Shown here: positions 19,600-29,525 of the stretch, one piece after another
How positions within the stretch are numbered: position 1 is the stretch's first letter
How the letters are laid out: each line of letters starts with the position of its first letter
Virus record (IMG/VR): IMGVR_UViG_3300028592_000004
Location: 165,211-229,210 of that record
Length of the DNA: 64,000 nucleotides
Strand: one strand, 5' to 3'
Translations under genes and position numbers: made by a program
The notes under the pieces: model-generated
Told to the model about the DNA's origin: nothing
The model's input: the letters and a program-made list of their open reading frames with translations, nothing else
Databases searched by the model: none

Positions 19600-20395
19600 T
19601 GGAGAAGACTTCCCACAGCTGTGCGTACTTCGGTCCCGAGAGGACCGGAGTCTGCGGGCACTCATCACTCGGCAGGTGATTTCGGACGAGACGGAACAGA
19701 TCCCGGTAGGTCGCCTGCGGAGGCAGCTTCGGGATCAGCTGCTGCAGGTAGTACGAGAAGGCACCCTTCGGGCGCCCGTCGAACTCCGTGTCGAAGGCGA
19801 ACTCCTTGTCGCTGCAAGCGGACATGCAGACGACCCCCTGCGTCATCCACGCCAGGGGCATGTGCTCTTGCTTGAGGGCGGTATCGATCGACTTCTGCAG
19901 CCCCTTGAACTGCGGCAGATCGTACGGAGGCAGGAAGCGTTTCTTCACCCGCTTGCCGGGCTTCTTCTTCGGAGCGGACCGCATGACCGTTCCGGAGTGG
20001 CAGCTGTCGGCGATCAGAGCTACCCGAGCTTCCGGCTTGCGGTTCTGGTCGAACAGGAGGTACAGCTCATCGTCCAGAATCAGCTCGTTGTCGAGGTCGT
20101 AGGGGCACCAGGCTTCGTCTCGACCGTCGATCTCATCGCCATCCAAGTCGGGCACCCAGGTCCCGTGGCCGGCGAAGGTGATGATGGCCAACTCGTTCGG
20201 CCCGGTGGCCTGCAGGAGTTCCGTCAGACCCTTCAGGATGTTGGCGCGGGTGGCCTCCTTTTCGAGCAGAACGTTCTGAACCTGGACACCTCGCTCGACA
20301 AGCAGGGTGGCCCAGTCCTGAGCGTCGTTGACAGCCCCGTAGAGCTCCATCTCCGAGTTGGCGTAGTTGATGCCGATGCACAGTGCACGCTTCAT
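19592..20395 (-). CDS. Metacaspase / caspase-family (C14) peptidase
   Basis: ALCIGINY, FAGHG (His), ADSCHSG (Cys), GAFS; strong RBS. Confidence 0.92.
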   Translation of the reverse strand: MKRALCIGINYANSEMELYGAVNDAQDWATLLVERGVQVQNVLLEKEATRANILKGLTELLQATGPNELAIITFAGHGTWVPDLDGDEIDGRDEAWCPYDLDNELILDDELYLLFDQNRKPEARVALIADSCHSGTVMRSAPKKKPGKRVKKRFLPPYDLPQFKGLQKSIDTALKQEHMPLAWMTQGVVCMSACSDKEFAFDTEFDGRPKGAFSYYLQQLIPKLPPQATYRDLFRLVRNHLPSDECPQTPVLSGPKYAQLWEVFSNG

Positions 20396-20413
20396 GACGT
20401 TCCTCCTTGAACG

Positions 20414-21271
20414 TTAGCGGACGGCCGTCAGCTGATCCGGGCTGACATAGAACCGTCCAAGGCCCCGTCGTCGCTGATCTTCGTGAAACAGGGCGTGTTC
20501 GCAGTCACCGCCACGATAGGCCGAGACTGAGAACGCGTCCATCGTGTAGACGGCCATTCCTCCGAACGCCGACAACACCGGGATCAGCGGGGCGCCACGG
20601 TGGATCCGGTAGCCGCGGACAGCCGGGTCTCCCGGCTTGTGCGGTTCTGGATGCTTGAGGCTCCGCCAGGCCCACACGTCGAAGTTGGCGAATCCTGTCG
20701 GGCTCGTCCAGCTGGGTTCTGCCTGCAGTCCAAACGAGGCACAGGCATCCCAGTCCGACTCCGCGAAGGTCCGGCAAACCCCCGGCAGTGAAAAGGCCAG
20801 GGTGTCGAAGTCGAGCACGATGACGTAGTCGAACTCGGAGAAGTGGCTGAGCACGTATTCGCGGTAGACGTTCCGGCAGGAGGCCAGGCCGCAGGAACGG
20901 GCCACGCTTCGCTTCGACGGGAACCGATGCTGACCGAGCTTGTGACACATCGTGTGCCACCGGTCATCCTCAAAGGATTCGGCCTGCAGCAGGTCCACCG
21001 TGTTGTCGTGGGAGTCGTTCTCGTAGACAACGACCGTTCCTTCCCGGAAGCATTCCAGCAGGGCCGTCACCTGCGGGATCAGCGTCGGAAGAATGTGGCC
21101 CACGTCACGAGCCAGGCCGCAGATAGCGACCCGGCTACTCCGCATCTTGTGCAGTCCGATCTGGACCCGTTCCACCAGAGAGTGCTGAACCGGGAAGTTT
21201 CGATCCAAGATCAGACCGAACCGTTCCGCCGTCAGCGGTGCCTGCTCTGCAGGCGCAGTCTCGCTGTCCAT
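20414..21271 (-). CDS. Glycosyltransferase (GT-A fold, CAP59/GT69-like)
   Basis: ICGLARD, YENDSHDNT, DFD, SAFGG, CEH motifs. Confidence 0.8.
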   Translation of the reverse strand: MDSETAPAEQAPLTAERFGLILDRNFPVQHSLVERVQIGLHKMRSSRVAICGLARDVGHILPTLIPQVTALLECFREGTVVVYENDSHDNTVDLLQAESFEDDRWHTMCHKLGQHRFPSKRSVARSCGLASCRNVYREYVLSHFSEFDYVIVLDFDTLAFSLPGVCRTFAESDWDACASFGLQAEPSWTSPTGFANFDVWAWRSLKHPEPHKPGDPAVRGYRIHRGAPLIPVLSAFGGMAVYTMDAFSVSAYRGGDCEHALFHEDQRRRGLGRFYVSPDQLTAVR

Positions 21272-21307
21272 AGCCACCTCCGCAGCAGGTATTCAATACC
21301 CGCGGAT

Positions 21308-22015
21308 TCAATTCCGCTCGCCGACCTTCTGGAAGACATACGTCTCGATGTCTTCGCGGCCGGCCGCAGCCTCCAGGCGATGATGCACGCGGCACACCAG
21401 ATCGTACCGCCGGAGCCAGGACCGCAGGCCATCGTCGGTGAAGTAGTAGTAGTGCTCGTTCGGCCGGTAGTGCTTGGACTCGCGAATCCGATCGAGGTTC
21501 TTGAAGATCGGGATCGAGGTGACGAGATAGTCCCCGGGGCGGATCCGATCGAAGAGGAGGTGCGGCTCGGGGATGTGCTCCAGAACGTCCCACAGAGTCC
21601 AGGCGACGACGCCCTTTGGCGGCAGATGGGTGTAGATGTCGAGCCACATCCGCCGCTCTTCAAGCCATGCCTTGGCCTTGGCGTTCACGTCGTAGCCATA
21701 GAGCACAAGACCGGGGACCTTCGTGGCCTCGAACTGAGCGTGGCGCCGCTGATCCAGCGCTTCGAGGAAGGCCCCGTCGCCAATGCCGATGTCGATCACC
21801 GTGTAGGGATTGAGACGCTCGACGGTGTTGATCCGGGCTTCCTGCAGCTTGGTGAAGATCTCCAGGTCACGGTAGACGGTGTACTTGTCGAAGTAGGCGT
21901 CGTCGTAAGGGACGCTCTTCCGCATGTCCGTCTGGTAGGCAAGGCCCGGGTAATCGCAGATCGAGAGGTCTGCACCCGACAGCCGTGCCGGGTAGTGAGC
22001 AATCACGCGATCCAT
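21308..22015 (-). CDS. Class I SAM-dependent methyltransferase
   Basis: IDIGIGDG, GYDVN, WDVLEHIPEP; start moved to MDRVI. Confidence 0.82.
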   Translation of the reverse strand: MDRVIAHYPARLSGADLSICDYPGLAYQTDMRKSVPYDDAYFDKYTVYRDLEIFTKLQEARINTVERLNPYTVIDIGIGDGAFLEALDQRRHAQFEATKVPGLVLYGYDVNAKAKAWLEERRMWLDIYTHLPPKGVVAWTLWDVLEHIPEPHLLFDRIRPGDYLVTSIPIFKNLDRIRESKHYRPNEHYYYFTDDGLRSWLRRYDLVCRVHHRLEAAAGREDIETYVFQKVGERN

Positions 22016-22905
22016 CACGTCATCCTGTTGAGAAGTCTGGCCAGGTGCTCTCCGACGAAGTCGAAGGATTGGTGAGGAGCGTAATACACGTCCTGCCACT
22101 TGTACAGATGCGTGTTCACGGATCGTATGGCCATCTGATCCGGTCGCAGGACTTTCGCCGCGGACACCGACAGCGAACTGTCGATGCCGATGTAGTAGGA
22201 AGCCTTCCGCAAGAGCTTGATCCCCTGCAGCAAGGTTGTCTGACCGCTCAGGTCGACGAAGTTCGGATAGGGTGGGATCGCCTCGGACTTGTCATTCAGG
22301 ACGTAGCCCGTGACCCCTTTGAAGTTGAGCCAGGAGGAAAGGCAGGCCCAGTCGTCCTTCGAAAAGTCACGACGACGATCGCGCTTATCTGAGGAGTAGG
22401 GGCAGATGATGGCATAGCGCTCGTGGTTGACCAGACCCTTCGTCTCAATCGAGCGGAGGCCGATCTGACTGCCAATGTACTGACGGAAGCCGCGACGAAT
22501 CGCGTGAAACTGGACGAGGATGCTCCAGTCGTCTGCCGCCATGACCTCCTGCGGCACCTTGTGGCCTTGGAGACGCTGCTCAGCAACGAAGTCCGGGAGC
22601 GAGTGGTAGCACCAACGCTCGTCCCAGTTCTCCCACACGGAGCGGTGTTCGAGGACCCGCGGCAGTGCGAGCTTGAGGATCTCGCGGACTGGTTCTTCCT
22701 TGCGGGTGCAGTAGAAGACGCGACGGATTCGCTCGCGTTCGGGGTCCGTCATGAAGGCGTCGAGCGCCAGGACATCGCCGATTCCGCCGGTCACAAAAAG
22801 AGAGTCGGACTCGACCGACCCCGAAGAGACTGGTCGAGTCCGACGAACGACTCGTCGAGCTTGGCGTACCTGCGCCGCGGCTTGAAGACGACGGATAGGG
22901 ACCAT
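22015..22905 (-). CDS. Glycosyltransferase family 9 (heptosyltransferase-like)
   Basis: GGIGD, DLSGQTTL, IGIDSS motifs. Confidence 0.78.
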   Translation of the reverse strand: MVPIRRLQAAAQVRQARRVVRRTRPVSSGSVESDSLFVTGGIGDVLALDAFMTDPERERIRRVFYCTRKEEPVREILKLALPRVLEHRSVWENWDERWCYHSLPDFVAEQRLQGHKVPQEVMAADDWSILVQFHAIRRGFRQYIGSQIGLRSIETKGLVNHERYAIICPYSSDKRDRRRDFSKDDWACLSSWLNFKGVTGYVLNDKSEAIPPYPNFVDLSGQTTLLQGIKLLRKASYYIGIDSSLSVSAAKVLRPDQMAIRSVNTHLYKWQDVYYAPHQSFDFVGEHLARLLNRMT

Positions 22906-23160
22906 GCTCGCTTTGCCTTCTGCTGTAGCGGTGCAGCGTCTTGCTTCGGAACGACGCTTCGTGGATCGCAGGTGGAATCTTGAGGACTACCGCTCGACGG
23001 GCATTTGCAGTTCCATCTCCCGACACCGCCCAGGGTGCTATGCGTGCCTTATCGAGCTGCCGCACCCACAGCGATTGCTCGCTGCGACCCTGCCCTTGGT
23101 TGTTCTCGTCGGCACAGAGCAGGGTCGTTGGCAGACAACATCTGAGCAGCCAGCGTCGAA

Positions 23161-26043
23161 TTACGCAAGCTGAAGTACGTTGTAGAACTTGGTCGCTTCC
23201 TGCTCGGTCAGGCCATACATCCGCTGCACGTAGGGCACACCGAGGATCGCCGGCGTGTACTTCGCGCTCTGGATCTGCTTGGCCAGATTCTGATCTCCCG
23301 CCGCCGAATTGCGGACGATCTGCGCGAGCTGCTGGTCAGGCATCTGCAGCATCTGCATCCGCATCTGCGGGCTCTTCATGATCTGGGACATCTCGCTGCC
23401 GGAGATCATCTGGTCCTGAAGGAAGCCGCCGAGGGAACCGGCCGGCTGTGCTGCAGGATCCGGAGCAGGGGGAGCTGCAGGATTCGGGGCAGGTGGAGTT
23501 GCAGGAGCGGGCGCTCCGGGAGCTGCACCGCCTACGGCACCACCCGCCACAGCGCCAGGACTCTGAACGCCAGCGCCGGCACCGGCACCCGCACCAGCAC
23601 CCGGGGCTCCGCCGCCTACGGCACTACCCGCCGCGGCACCCGCACCGGGGGCTCCGCCAACTGCGGCACCAGCACCAGGGGCTCCGCCAACCGCCCCACC
23701 TGCCGCAGCACCCGGCATGGGCGACAGGGTCGGTGCGGGAGCCGGACCCTGCTGACCTCCCATGAAGCCGCCGATCAGGTCCTGGATGCCGCCCATGTTG
23801 TTGCCGTAGGCCACAGCACCGGCCGCACCGAGGCCGAGAGCGCTCATCAGGGCACCCATCAGGCCACCCTCGCCGCCCAGCATACTGGCGATCCCCATGA
23901 GACCGACCGGCAGGCCGATGACCAGGGCTGCCTGTTCCCACGTGTCGAGCTGCTTGAAGCCCTCCAGGAAGCCCATGAAGCCCTGCGGCGAGGCTTCGAC
24001 ACGACCATCCGCGGCCAGCCCCTGGAACGCCGTCTCGATATCGTCGGTCGTGAATCCGCCCTGCGACCACCGCTGCCAAATCTGATCCGGAGCTTCACCC
24101 GTCTTCTGAGCGTACTCGGGGAGGAGGCCCTGCAGGGTCGTCTCGACTTCCTGTGCGGCCTGCTCGGGCGCGATCTCCCCGGACTCGACTCGACGAAGAA
24201 CGTCGCGAGCTTGATCCTGAGGAGCCATCGGCGGCTGCGGTGCTCCCGGCTGCGGCTGGCCCGGCTGCGGCTGGCCCGGCTGAGGCGCACCGGCTTCCGG
24301 CATCGGACCCCCACCTTGCTCACCCGGGTTGTTCGGCATAGCCGGCGGAGCGGGTTCCGTGCTGCCTTGGGCGTCCGGATTGAGCGTCTCAGCCGGTTCC
24401 ATCGGCGGAGCGCCGTCCTGGTTCAGCGCCGCACCGGCCGCGTTGCCTGCAGCCTGATACCCGGCACCGGTCAGCCCCATGCCTGTGACGGCCTTACCGC
24501 CGCTCCAGAGAGCCTGTCCGGCGGGCATGGCTCCGTAGCTCGGCGCCGCGGCGGCGCCCATCGCACCGCCGATGGCCGCGTTTCCGACGCCACTGGCCAG
24601 CCGGCTTGCGGTTTCCACGCCACCCCGCAGGTTGTCGGGAACTGCGTTCCACTGAGCGTTCTGGTTCTGGCTGACGTTCGTCCCGTTCGGAAGCGGGTTG
24701 CCAAACGGATTCGACATCACGGCCCCGACGTCCTTCATGCCGGCCATCGTGCTGTCACCCATCGAGCGGGTGAAGGCGTCTGCACCAGGCGTCAGGTCAG
24801 TTCCGAGAACGGCGTCACTGGCCCGAGCCCCGAGCGAGCCAAGCCCACCCATCGCCGTCCCCACGCCGCCCACAGCCGCCTGGGTCGCCCCACGGCCGGA
24901 AGTGATGGAGTTGCGGAGCATGTTGACACCGGTGTCCCAGCCGCCCTTCAGTGCGCGACCAGCGGCGGACACACCCTTGCCGGCGTAGTCCCACATGCCG
25001 TTCCCACCGGCAGCCGGCGGCTTCGGCACGTCGAGCTTCGGGGCGGGGATCTTCGGAGGCGTCGGAGCCTTAAAGGGCTGAATCGAGGTCGAGGACGGAC
25101 CAGCCATCGAGCCCCAAGCCCGCTTCACGGTCCGCGAGTTGAACTCGTCCCAGGCTTCCTTCACGGAAGGCAGGTAGGACGCGATCTTCTCGATCGACGC
25201 GGAGGCACGTTCCTCGCTCATACCGCACTGGGCGCAGTAGCGAATGATCCCCAGGAGCTCAGCGGCACCGGCCGAGCTGGTCTTGTAGAGGGCCTCGTAC
25301 TGCCGGAGCTGCTCGTCTTCGTCCGGCTGCGAGTTAAGCTGCTGCAGCAGGTAGGCCAGCCCCAGACCGCCAGCACCAACCCCGGCAGCAAGCGGGCCGT
25401 GATCCTTGAGCCAGTTCACACCCTTCTGGAACATCCCCGGTTCCTGAGGAGCCTGGGGCGGAACGGGACTGGGCGCCGGCGCCGAGACCGGAGCGGGCAT
25501 GACCGCGTCGGCCAGACCCTGGCCCAACCGGGCCGGCAGGTTCGCCGGGGACGGTCCGCCAGGCTGCTGCGAATCCAGAAGGCTCAGCCCGCCGCCCAGA
25601 ACACCAAGCCCGCCCGCGGCGGTCGCCAGGGGCCGCACCATGTCGCTGGCACGGACCGGAGTCGGAGCCATCGGTGTCGGCGTCGGCTTGTTGCCCATCT
25701 GGCCGCGAGCGTAGTCCCACAGCCCACGGCCGATCTGAACCTGCTGCTCCGGCGTCGCAGTCGGCTGGGTGCCACCCAGCGACTTGAAGATCACGGTCGG
25801 ATCCATCGGTGATCCGCCCGTGCCCGGCGATGTGACTGGACCGGCCTTCGGCCCCGTCATCGTCGGCGTACCTTCCGAGAAGGACCGGAAGAACCGCTCA
25901 AAGATGTTCTTCGCCGGAGGTCCCGGGATGCCGGGCTTTGCCGTCCCGAAGTAGGCTGCGGAGCCGCTGGGTCGTCCCCAGGCCTTCTTCACGCGGTTCT
26001 GAGCAACTTCTTCGAAGATCTGGCCGTAAGTCTTCTCTGCCAT
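23161..26043 (-). CDS. Large Pro/Gly/Ala-rich protein (putative virion-internal/ejected protein)
   Basis: ~960 aa; (PGQPQ)n and (GA)n repeats; several K-x-A motifs. Confidence 0.75.
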   Translation of the reverse strand: MAEKTYGQIFEEVAQNRVKKAWGRPSGSAAYFGTAKPGIPGPPAKNIFERFFRSFSEGTPTMTGPKAGPVTSPGTGGSPMDPTVIFKSLGGTQPTATPEQQVQIGRGLWDYARGQMGNKPTPTPMAPTPVRASDMVRPLATAAGGLGVLGGGLSLLDSQQPGGPSPANLPARLGQGLADAVMPAPVSAPAPSPVPPQAPQEPGMFQKGVNWLKDHGPLAAGVGAGGLGLAYLLQQLNSQPDEDEQLRQYEALYKTSSAGAAELLGIIRYCAQCGMSEERASASIEKIASYLPSVKEAWDEFNSRTVKRAWGSMAGPSSTSIQPFKAPTPPKIPAPKLDVPKPPAAGGNGMWDYAGKGVSAAGRALKGGWDTGVNMLRNSITSGRGATQAAVGGVGTAMGGLGSLGARASDAVLGTDLTPGADAFTRSMGDSTMAGMKDVGAVMSNPFGNPLPNGTNVSQNQNAQWNAVPDNLRGGVETASRLASGVGNAAIGGAMGAAAAPSYGAMPAGQALWSGGKAVTGMGLTGAGYQAAGNAAGAALNQDGAPPMEPAETLNPDAQGSTEPAPPAMPNNPGEQGGGPMPEAGAPQPGQPQPGQPQPGAPQPPMAPQDQARDVLRRVESGEIAPEQAAQEVETTLQGLLPEYAQKTGEAPDQIWQRWSQGGFTTDDIETAFQGLAADGRVEASPQGFMGFLEGFKQLDTWEQAALVIGLPVGLMGIASMLGGEGGLMGALMSALGLGAAGAVAYGNNMGGIQDLIGGFMGGQQGPAPAPTLSPMPGAAAGGAVGGAPGAGAAVGGAPGAGAAAGSAVGGGAPGAGAGAGAGAGVQSPGAVAGGAVGGAAPGAPAPATPPAPNPAAPPAPDPAAQPAGSLGGFLQDQMISGSEMSQIMKSPQMRMQMLQMPDQQLAQIVRNSAAGDQNLAKQIQSAKYTPAILGVPYVQRMYGLTEQEATKFYNVLQLA

Positions 26044-26099
26044 CGCGCAACATCCTTGTCGCAAACTGGAACGTGGAGAAGATCACGATACCAGAAACG

Positions 26100-26750
26100 T
26101 CACCGGACGCGAATCCCGAGACCGCAAGCGTTCTTGTCCGGGTGGTGGCACACCTCAATGAAGGTGGCCTGTTTCTCGATCGCTTTGATGTGCAACCAGA
26201 TCCCCATTGGACCGCACAACGAGTGCCGAAGGGGGTTCGAGTCAGCGAGGTGCTGGAGGCCCAGAACAGTCGCCTGCTGGCCCTTGTTGTGGTAATCCGC
26301 GAGGAGCCGCTTCCCGTCGAGCGACGACAGCAGCACGCCGGAGTAGGTGCCGCCGATCTGAAATGTGTTCGTGCCGCCGTTGTAGTTCAGCGGCAACCAC
26401 TTCCGCACCCGCTCGTAGAAGATGAACTCGGGCTCGCTGTCGATCGCGTCCACGGTTCGGAACCCGGGGACACGGGCCAGGTAGGCGGCGGTCAGCGTCG
26501 CCAGGGCTCCGTTTTCGGCCCCGACGTGCAAGAAGGAATGGACCTTCTTGTCGCGAAGAAGATTGAGGAACGCCGCGTACTCGGTGGGAACAACGCCTGG
26601 AATTTCTGCGTCAGCGATCGCGCCGGCCAGGTAGGTTTCGTTCTGCAGATCAAAAGGGGTCGCCTCGTGCAGCAGACGGATTGCGATCGCCTCGACCCCC
26701 TGCCACCAACCAAACAGATCTCCGATCGTCAGCTGCTGCTCAATCGTCAC
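26100..26750 (-). CDS. Hypothetical protein, possibly methyltransferase-like
   Basis: FLHVGAENG resembles motif I. Confidence 0.55.
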   Translation of the reverse strand: MTIEQQLTIGDLFGWWQGVEAIAIRLLHEATPFDLQNETYLAGAIADAEIPGVVPTEYAAFLNLLRDKKVHSFLHVGAENGALATLTAAYLARVPGFRTVDAIDSEPEFIFYERVRKWLPLNYNGGTNTFQIGGTYSGVLLSSLDGKRLLADYHNKGQQATVLGLQHLADSNPLRHSLCGPMGIWLHIKAIEKQATFIEVCHHPDKNACGLGIRVR

Positions 26751-26935
26751 GATGGATTCAATCCCAACCCTGCCCCGGCCAGAACACGGAGGCAGGACTC
26801 TGACTCCGCGGCGACGCGTTTACGGCAGGCGCTGCACGCGTCCGTACGGACGATAACCGGCTTGTCCTTCTTCGGGCAACGGCAGGTGAGAATGACCTGT
26901 CCGCAGCTGCACTTTTCCGTTCGGTGGTTGTGCAC
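26747..26935 (-). CDS. Small Cys-rich (zinc-ribbon-like) protein
   Basis: CSCG...CRC...CSAC. Confidence 0.6.
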   Translation of the reverse strand: MHNHRTEKCSCGQVILTCRCPKKDKPVIVRTDACSACRKRVAAESESCLRVLAGAGLGLNPS

Positions 26936-26936
26936 G

Positions 26937-27293
26937 TCAGCTCTCCTTGTTGGCAGCCTCGATCAGGCTCGGGATATCGGGATCGTCGCCCAGGGACGAG
27001 ACCACAATCTCGACGTACTCCTCGATCGTCGCATCGGGGATTCCTGGATGGGCTGCAGCGTACCGCTCCGCCAGAGTACGCTTCAACCGCCGGGCAATAA
27101 TGCCCCGGGGTCGGCGCTTCGCCTGAGCGAGCTGCGTCTCCGCGCTCTTCCGCGAGCAGAAGCGAATCACGCTGAACAGAAGCTGGACGAGCGAGAGTGC
27201 CAGCATCGGATCAAACTGAGGCGCAGAAGATTGCCCCAGGCGCCTCGCGACGCGCTGGGGCAGTTCCGTTGACCAGTCCATGACGGACCTCAC
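26937..27293 (-). CDS. Hypothetical protein
   Basis: GTGA overlap with the upstream gene. Confidence 0.6.
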   Translation of the reverse strand: MRSVMDWSTELPQRVARRLGQSSAPQFDPMLALSLVQLLFSVIRFCSRKSAETQLAQAKRRPRGIIARRLKRTLAERYAAAHPGIPDATIEEYVEIVVSSLGDDPDIPSLIEAANKES

Positions 27294-27919
27294 TCAAGAG
27301 GCGGCGCGATGCCAGCCGGACACTCGACGATCATGTGTGTCTCCGACCGGACCAGATCCGGCCGGGCGCCGGCGCCACTGGGCGTCCCGAACACCGTGCA
27401 CCAGTAGATTGTGCCCGCGGCGGTCTTGGCGATGCCAAATCCCACCTCGGTGAAGGCGCGGTTCGTAATGTTCCGTCGATGGCCGGAGCTGTTCATCCAG
27501 CCGTCCATCACTGCGTTGACGTCCCGGTAGCCGTAGGCCACGTTCTCGCCGACTGCACGGAGCTGGTAGCCCTCGTTCTGCACCCGCTGCATCACGTCGG
27601 AACCGCCGGCACCCATGTGCGACATCCGCTGATACTGGGCCATCCACGTGGCGTGCTTCTGGGCAGCCGACATCAGCAGCCGGTTGATCTGCAAAGCGCC
27701 CGAATTCCGGGCCTGGTTGTGGGCGTTGAGGAGCTGACGAACGTCCTCCGAGTATTCCGGCTGAGGTGCCGGTTCTGGCTGCGGCTCAGGCTGGGGTTCT
27801 GGTTCGGGAGGAACCGGCGGAGCGGGCGGAACCGGAGGAGGAACCGGGTCCGGTTGCGGCGGCTTCGGCGGATTCCACATCCACCGGAAGAAGTTCGCGA
27901 TCGCGTTCAGGAAGTTCAC
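27290..27919 (-). CDS. CAP/SCP-domain protein with Pro-rich N-terminus
   Basis: HNQAR, AQKHA, GENVA, WMNSSGHRRNI motifs. Confidence 0.9.
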   Translation of the reverse strand: MNFLNAIANFFRWMWNPPKPPQPDPVPPPVPPAPPVPPEPEPQPEPQPEPAPQPEYSEDVRQLLNAHNQARNSGALQINRLLMSAAQKHATWMAQYQRMSHMGAGGSDVMQRVQNEGYQLRAVGENVAYGYRDVNAVMDGWMNSSGHRRNITNRAFTEVGFGIAKTAAGTIYWCTVFGTPSGAGARPDLVRSETHMIVECPAGIAPPLE

Positions 27920-29493
27920 TTCGTGTCCTCCATGAGCCCCATCTTGCACAGAGCCGTCTTAGCCGGACTCGGCGGTCCCAGCATCGCACCGGTCCCGGCA
28001 TAGCCGGTCAGGGCGCCCAGGCCCGTTCCCAGGAGCGATCCGATCTGACCGCCAGCCCGAGCTCCTTCCATACCCCCGCCGGCCGCACCGCCGAGAAGGG
28101 CTCCAGCTGCGCCGCCAAGTCCGAAGCCTAGCCCGCCGCCGAGAGCCGTACCACCGCCGCGAATCGCACCCCGCGCAGCACCTTCGAGCATGTCGCCTCG
28201 ATCGGATCCGTCTGCGGCTCCGAACAAGGTGCCAAAGCCGATTCCGGGAATAGCACCGCCCGAAGCAGCGCCGAGGCCTTGAACACCGTACATCTTCGCC
28301 AGGATCTGGGGCGATATGTTCTGCATCTGCTGCGTGACCTGATCCAAATCCGGCAGGTCAAGCCGCGTGCTCATCTTCGTAAGAGCCGTCTTGGCCGGAG
28401 TGGACTTGCCCCGACCGACGAACTTACCGCCCATCGCCCGCCGCTCGCGAGGAGCCTTCGCTGGTTTCTGATTCACTGCGGCCTCCATGCCGGTCTTAGA
28501 AAAGGTCTGGTCGAAAACGACTCCGCCAGTCCCGAGGATGTCATTCAGCAGATAACGCTGCAAGAGGGTCTTCAGATGATCCATTCTTGTGCGGCCCGCG
28601 AAATCGTCGACCGTCTGATCTCGACGCCACGTCCGAAGCTGGCTGAAGGGAATGGGTTCCTGCATTCCCGGATCGCCGGTGGCTGTCCGCTTCAGGTAGT
28701 CCCAACCGACATTTCGCTCCTCCGGACTGAGACCGAAGTCCCAGTGGTCGAAGATGCGGGTCTTGTCGCCCATCTGCTGCGTTCCGTGCCGAGCCAAGAT
28801 CTCGGACCACGGATCGTTCGGCGTCGTGTGCGTGTCTTCGACGATGCGGTCCGAGTCCGGGTAACGAGAGAGGGCATCCGGCTTCAGCTGCAGGTGCTCA
28901 TACGTCCCGGGGATCCCGCCGGAGAGCGGCTTGCCGTTCGGCTTGAACGACGGAGTGAACGGCTTCATGCCGGTACTCTCGAAGATCTCCGTACCCTCCC
29001 GGACTGGAAGGTTGAGGTGGCGGCGCAGAAGCTCGCGACGGGAGTCGATCCCGAACTGCGGTTTCCGCATCTCGTTCCGCAGCATGTCCGTCATCTGGGT
29101 GTCGGGCTTGTCCAGGATCATCGTGTCCCAGACGTGCTGCAGCGATCGGGGACGAAGCATCTCCCCGTGCGACTTTCGAGCAGTGCTCTGATACTCGTAG
29201 GGCATCAGGTTGTTCGCCAGATACCGGCGAGCCCGATCGCCCACGAGGTTTCCGATGCCGGCCCCGGCCGCAGCTCCGACGCCGAGGTGGGTGGCCAGGC
29301 TCGGCTGGTCCTTCGAATCATCGGGCGTCATCGCCCGGGAGAGCCCGTAAGTGCCAAGCCCTCCCAGGGCGCCGACTGCAGCCCCACCCAGCGTGTCCGG
29401 AAGCCGGATCGTCGGCATGTGATACTTCACATCCGCCAACCCGAATCCGAGCTTCGTCATTGCCTGTCGCGCCGCGAGTCCATCCGTGGACAT
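27916..29493 (-). CDS. Hypothetical protein with Gly-zipper segments (putative virion protein)
   Basis: 525-aa ORF, RBS GGAG, K-x-G/S motifs. Confidence 0.7.
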   Translation of the reverse strand: MSTDGLAARQAMTKLGFGLADVKYHMPTIRLPDTLGGAAVGALGGLGTYGLSRAMTPDDSKDQPSLATHLGVGAAAGAGIGNLVGDRARRYLANNLMPYEYQSTARKSHGEMLRPRSLQHVWDTMILDKPDTQMTDMLRNEMRKPQFGIDSRRELLRRHLNLPVREGTEIFESTGMKPFTPSFKPNGKPLSGGIPGTYEHLQLKPDALSRYPDSDRIVEDTHTTPNDPWSEILARHGTQQMGDKTRIFDHWDFGLSPEERNVGWDYLKRTATGDPGMQEPIPFSQLRTWRRDQTVDDFAGRTRMDHLKTLLQRYLLNDILGTGGVVFDQTFSKTGMEAAVNQKPAKAPRERRAMGGKFVGRGKSTPAKTALTKMSTRLDLPDLDQVTQQMQNISPQILAKMYGVQGLGAASGGAIPGIGFGTLFGAADGSDRGDMLEGAARGAIRGGGTALGGGLGFGLGGAAGALLGGAAGGGMEGARAGGQIGSLLGTGLGALTGYAGTGAMLGPPSPAKTALCKMGLMEDTK

Positions 29494-29525
29494 CCTGCTC
29501 CCTCCGTGGAAGCGCGATTATCGGA

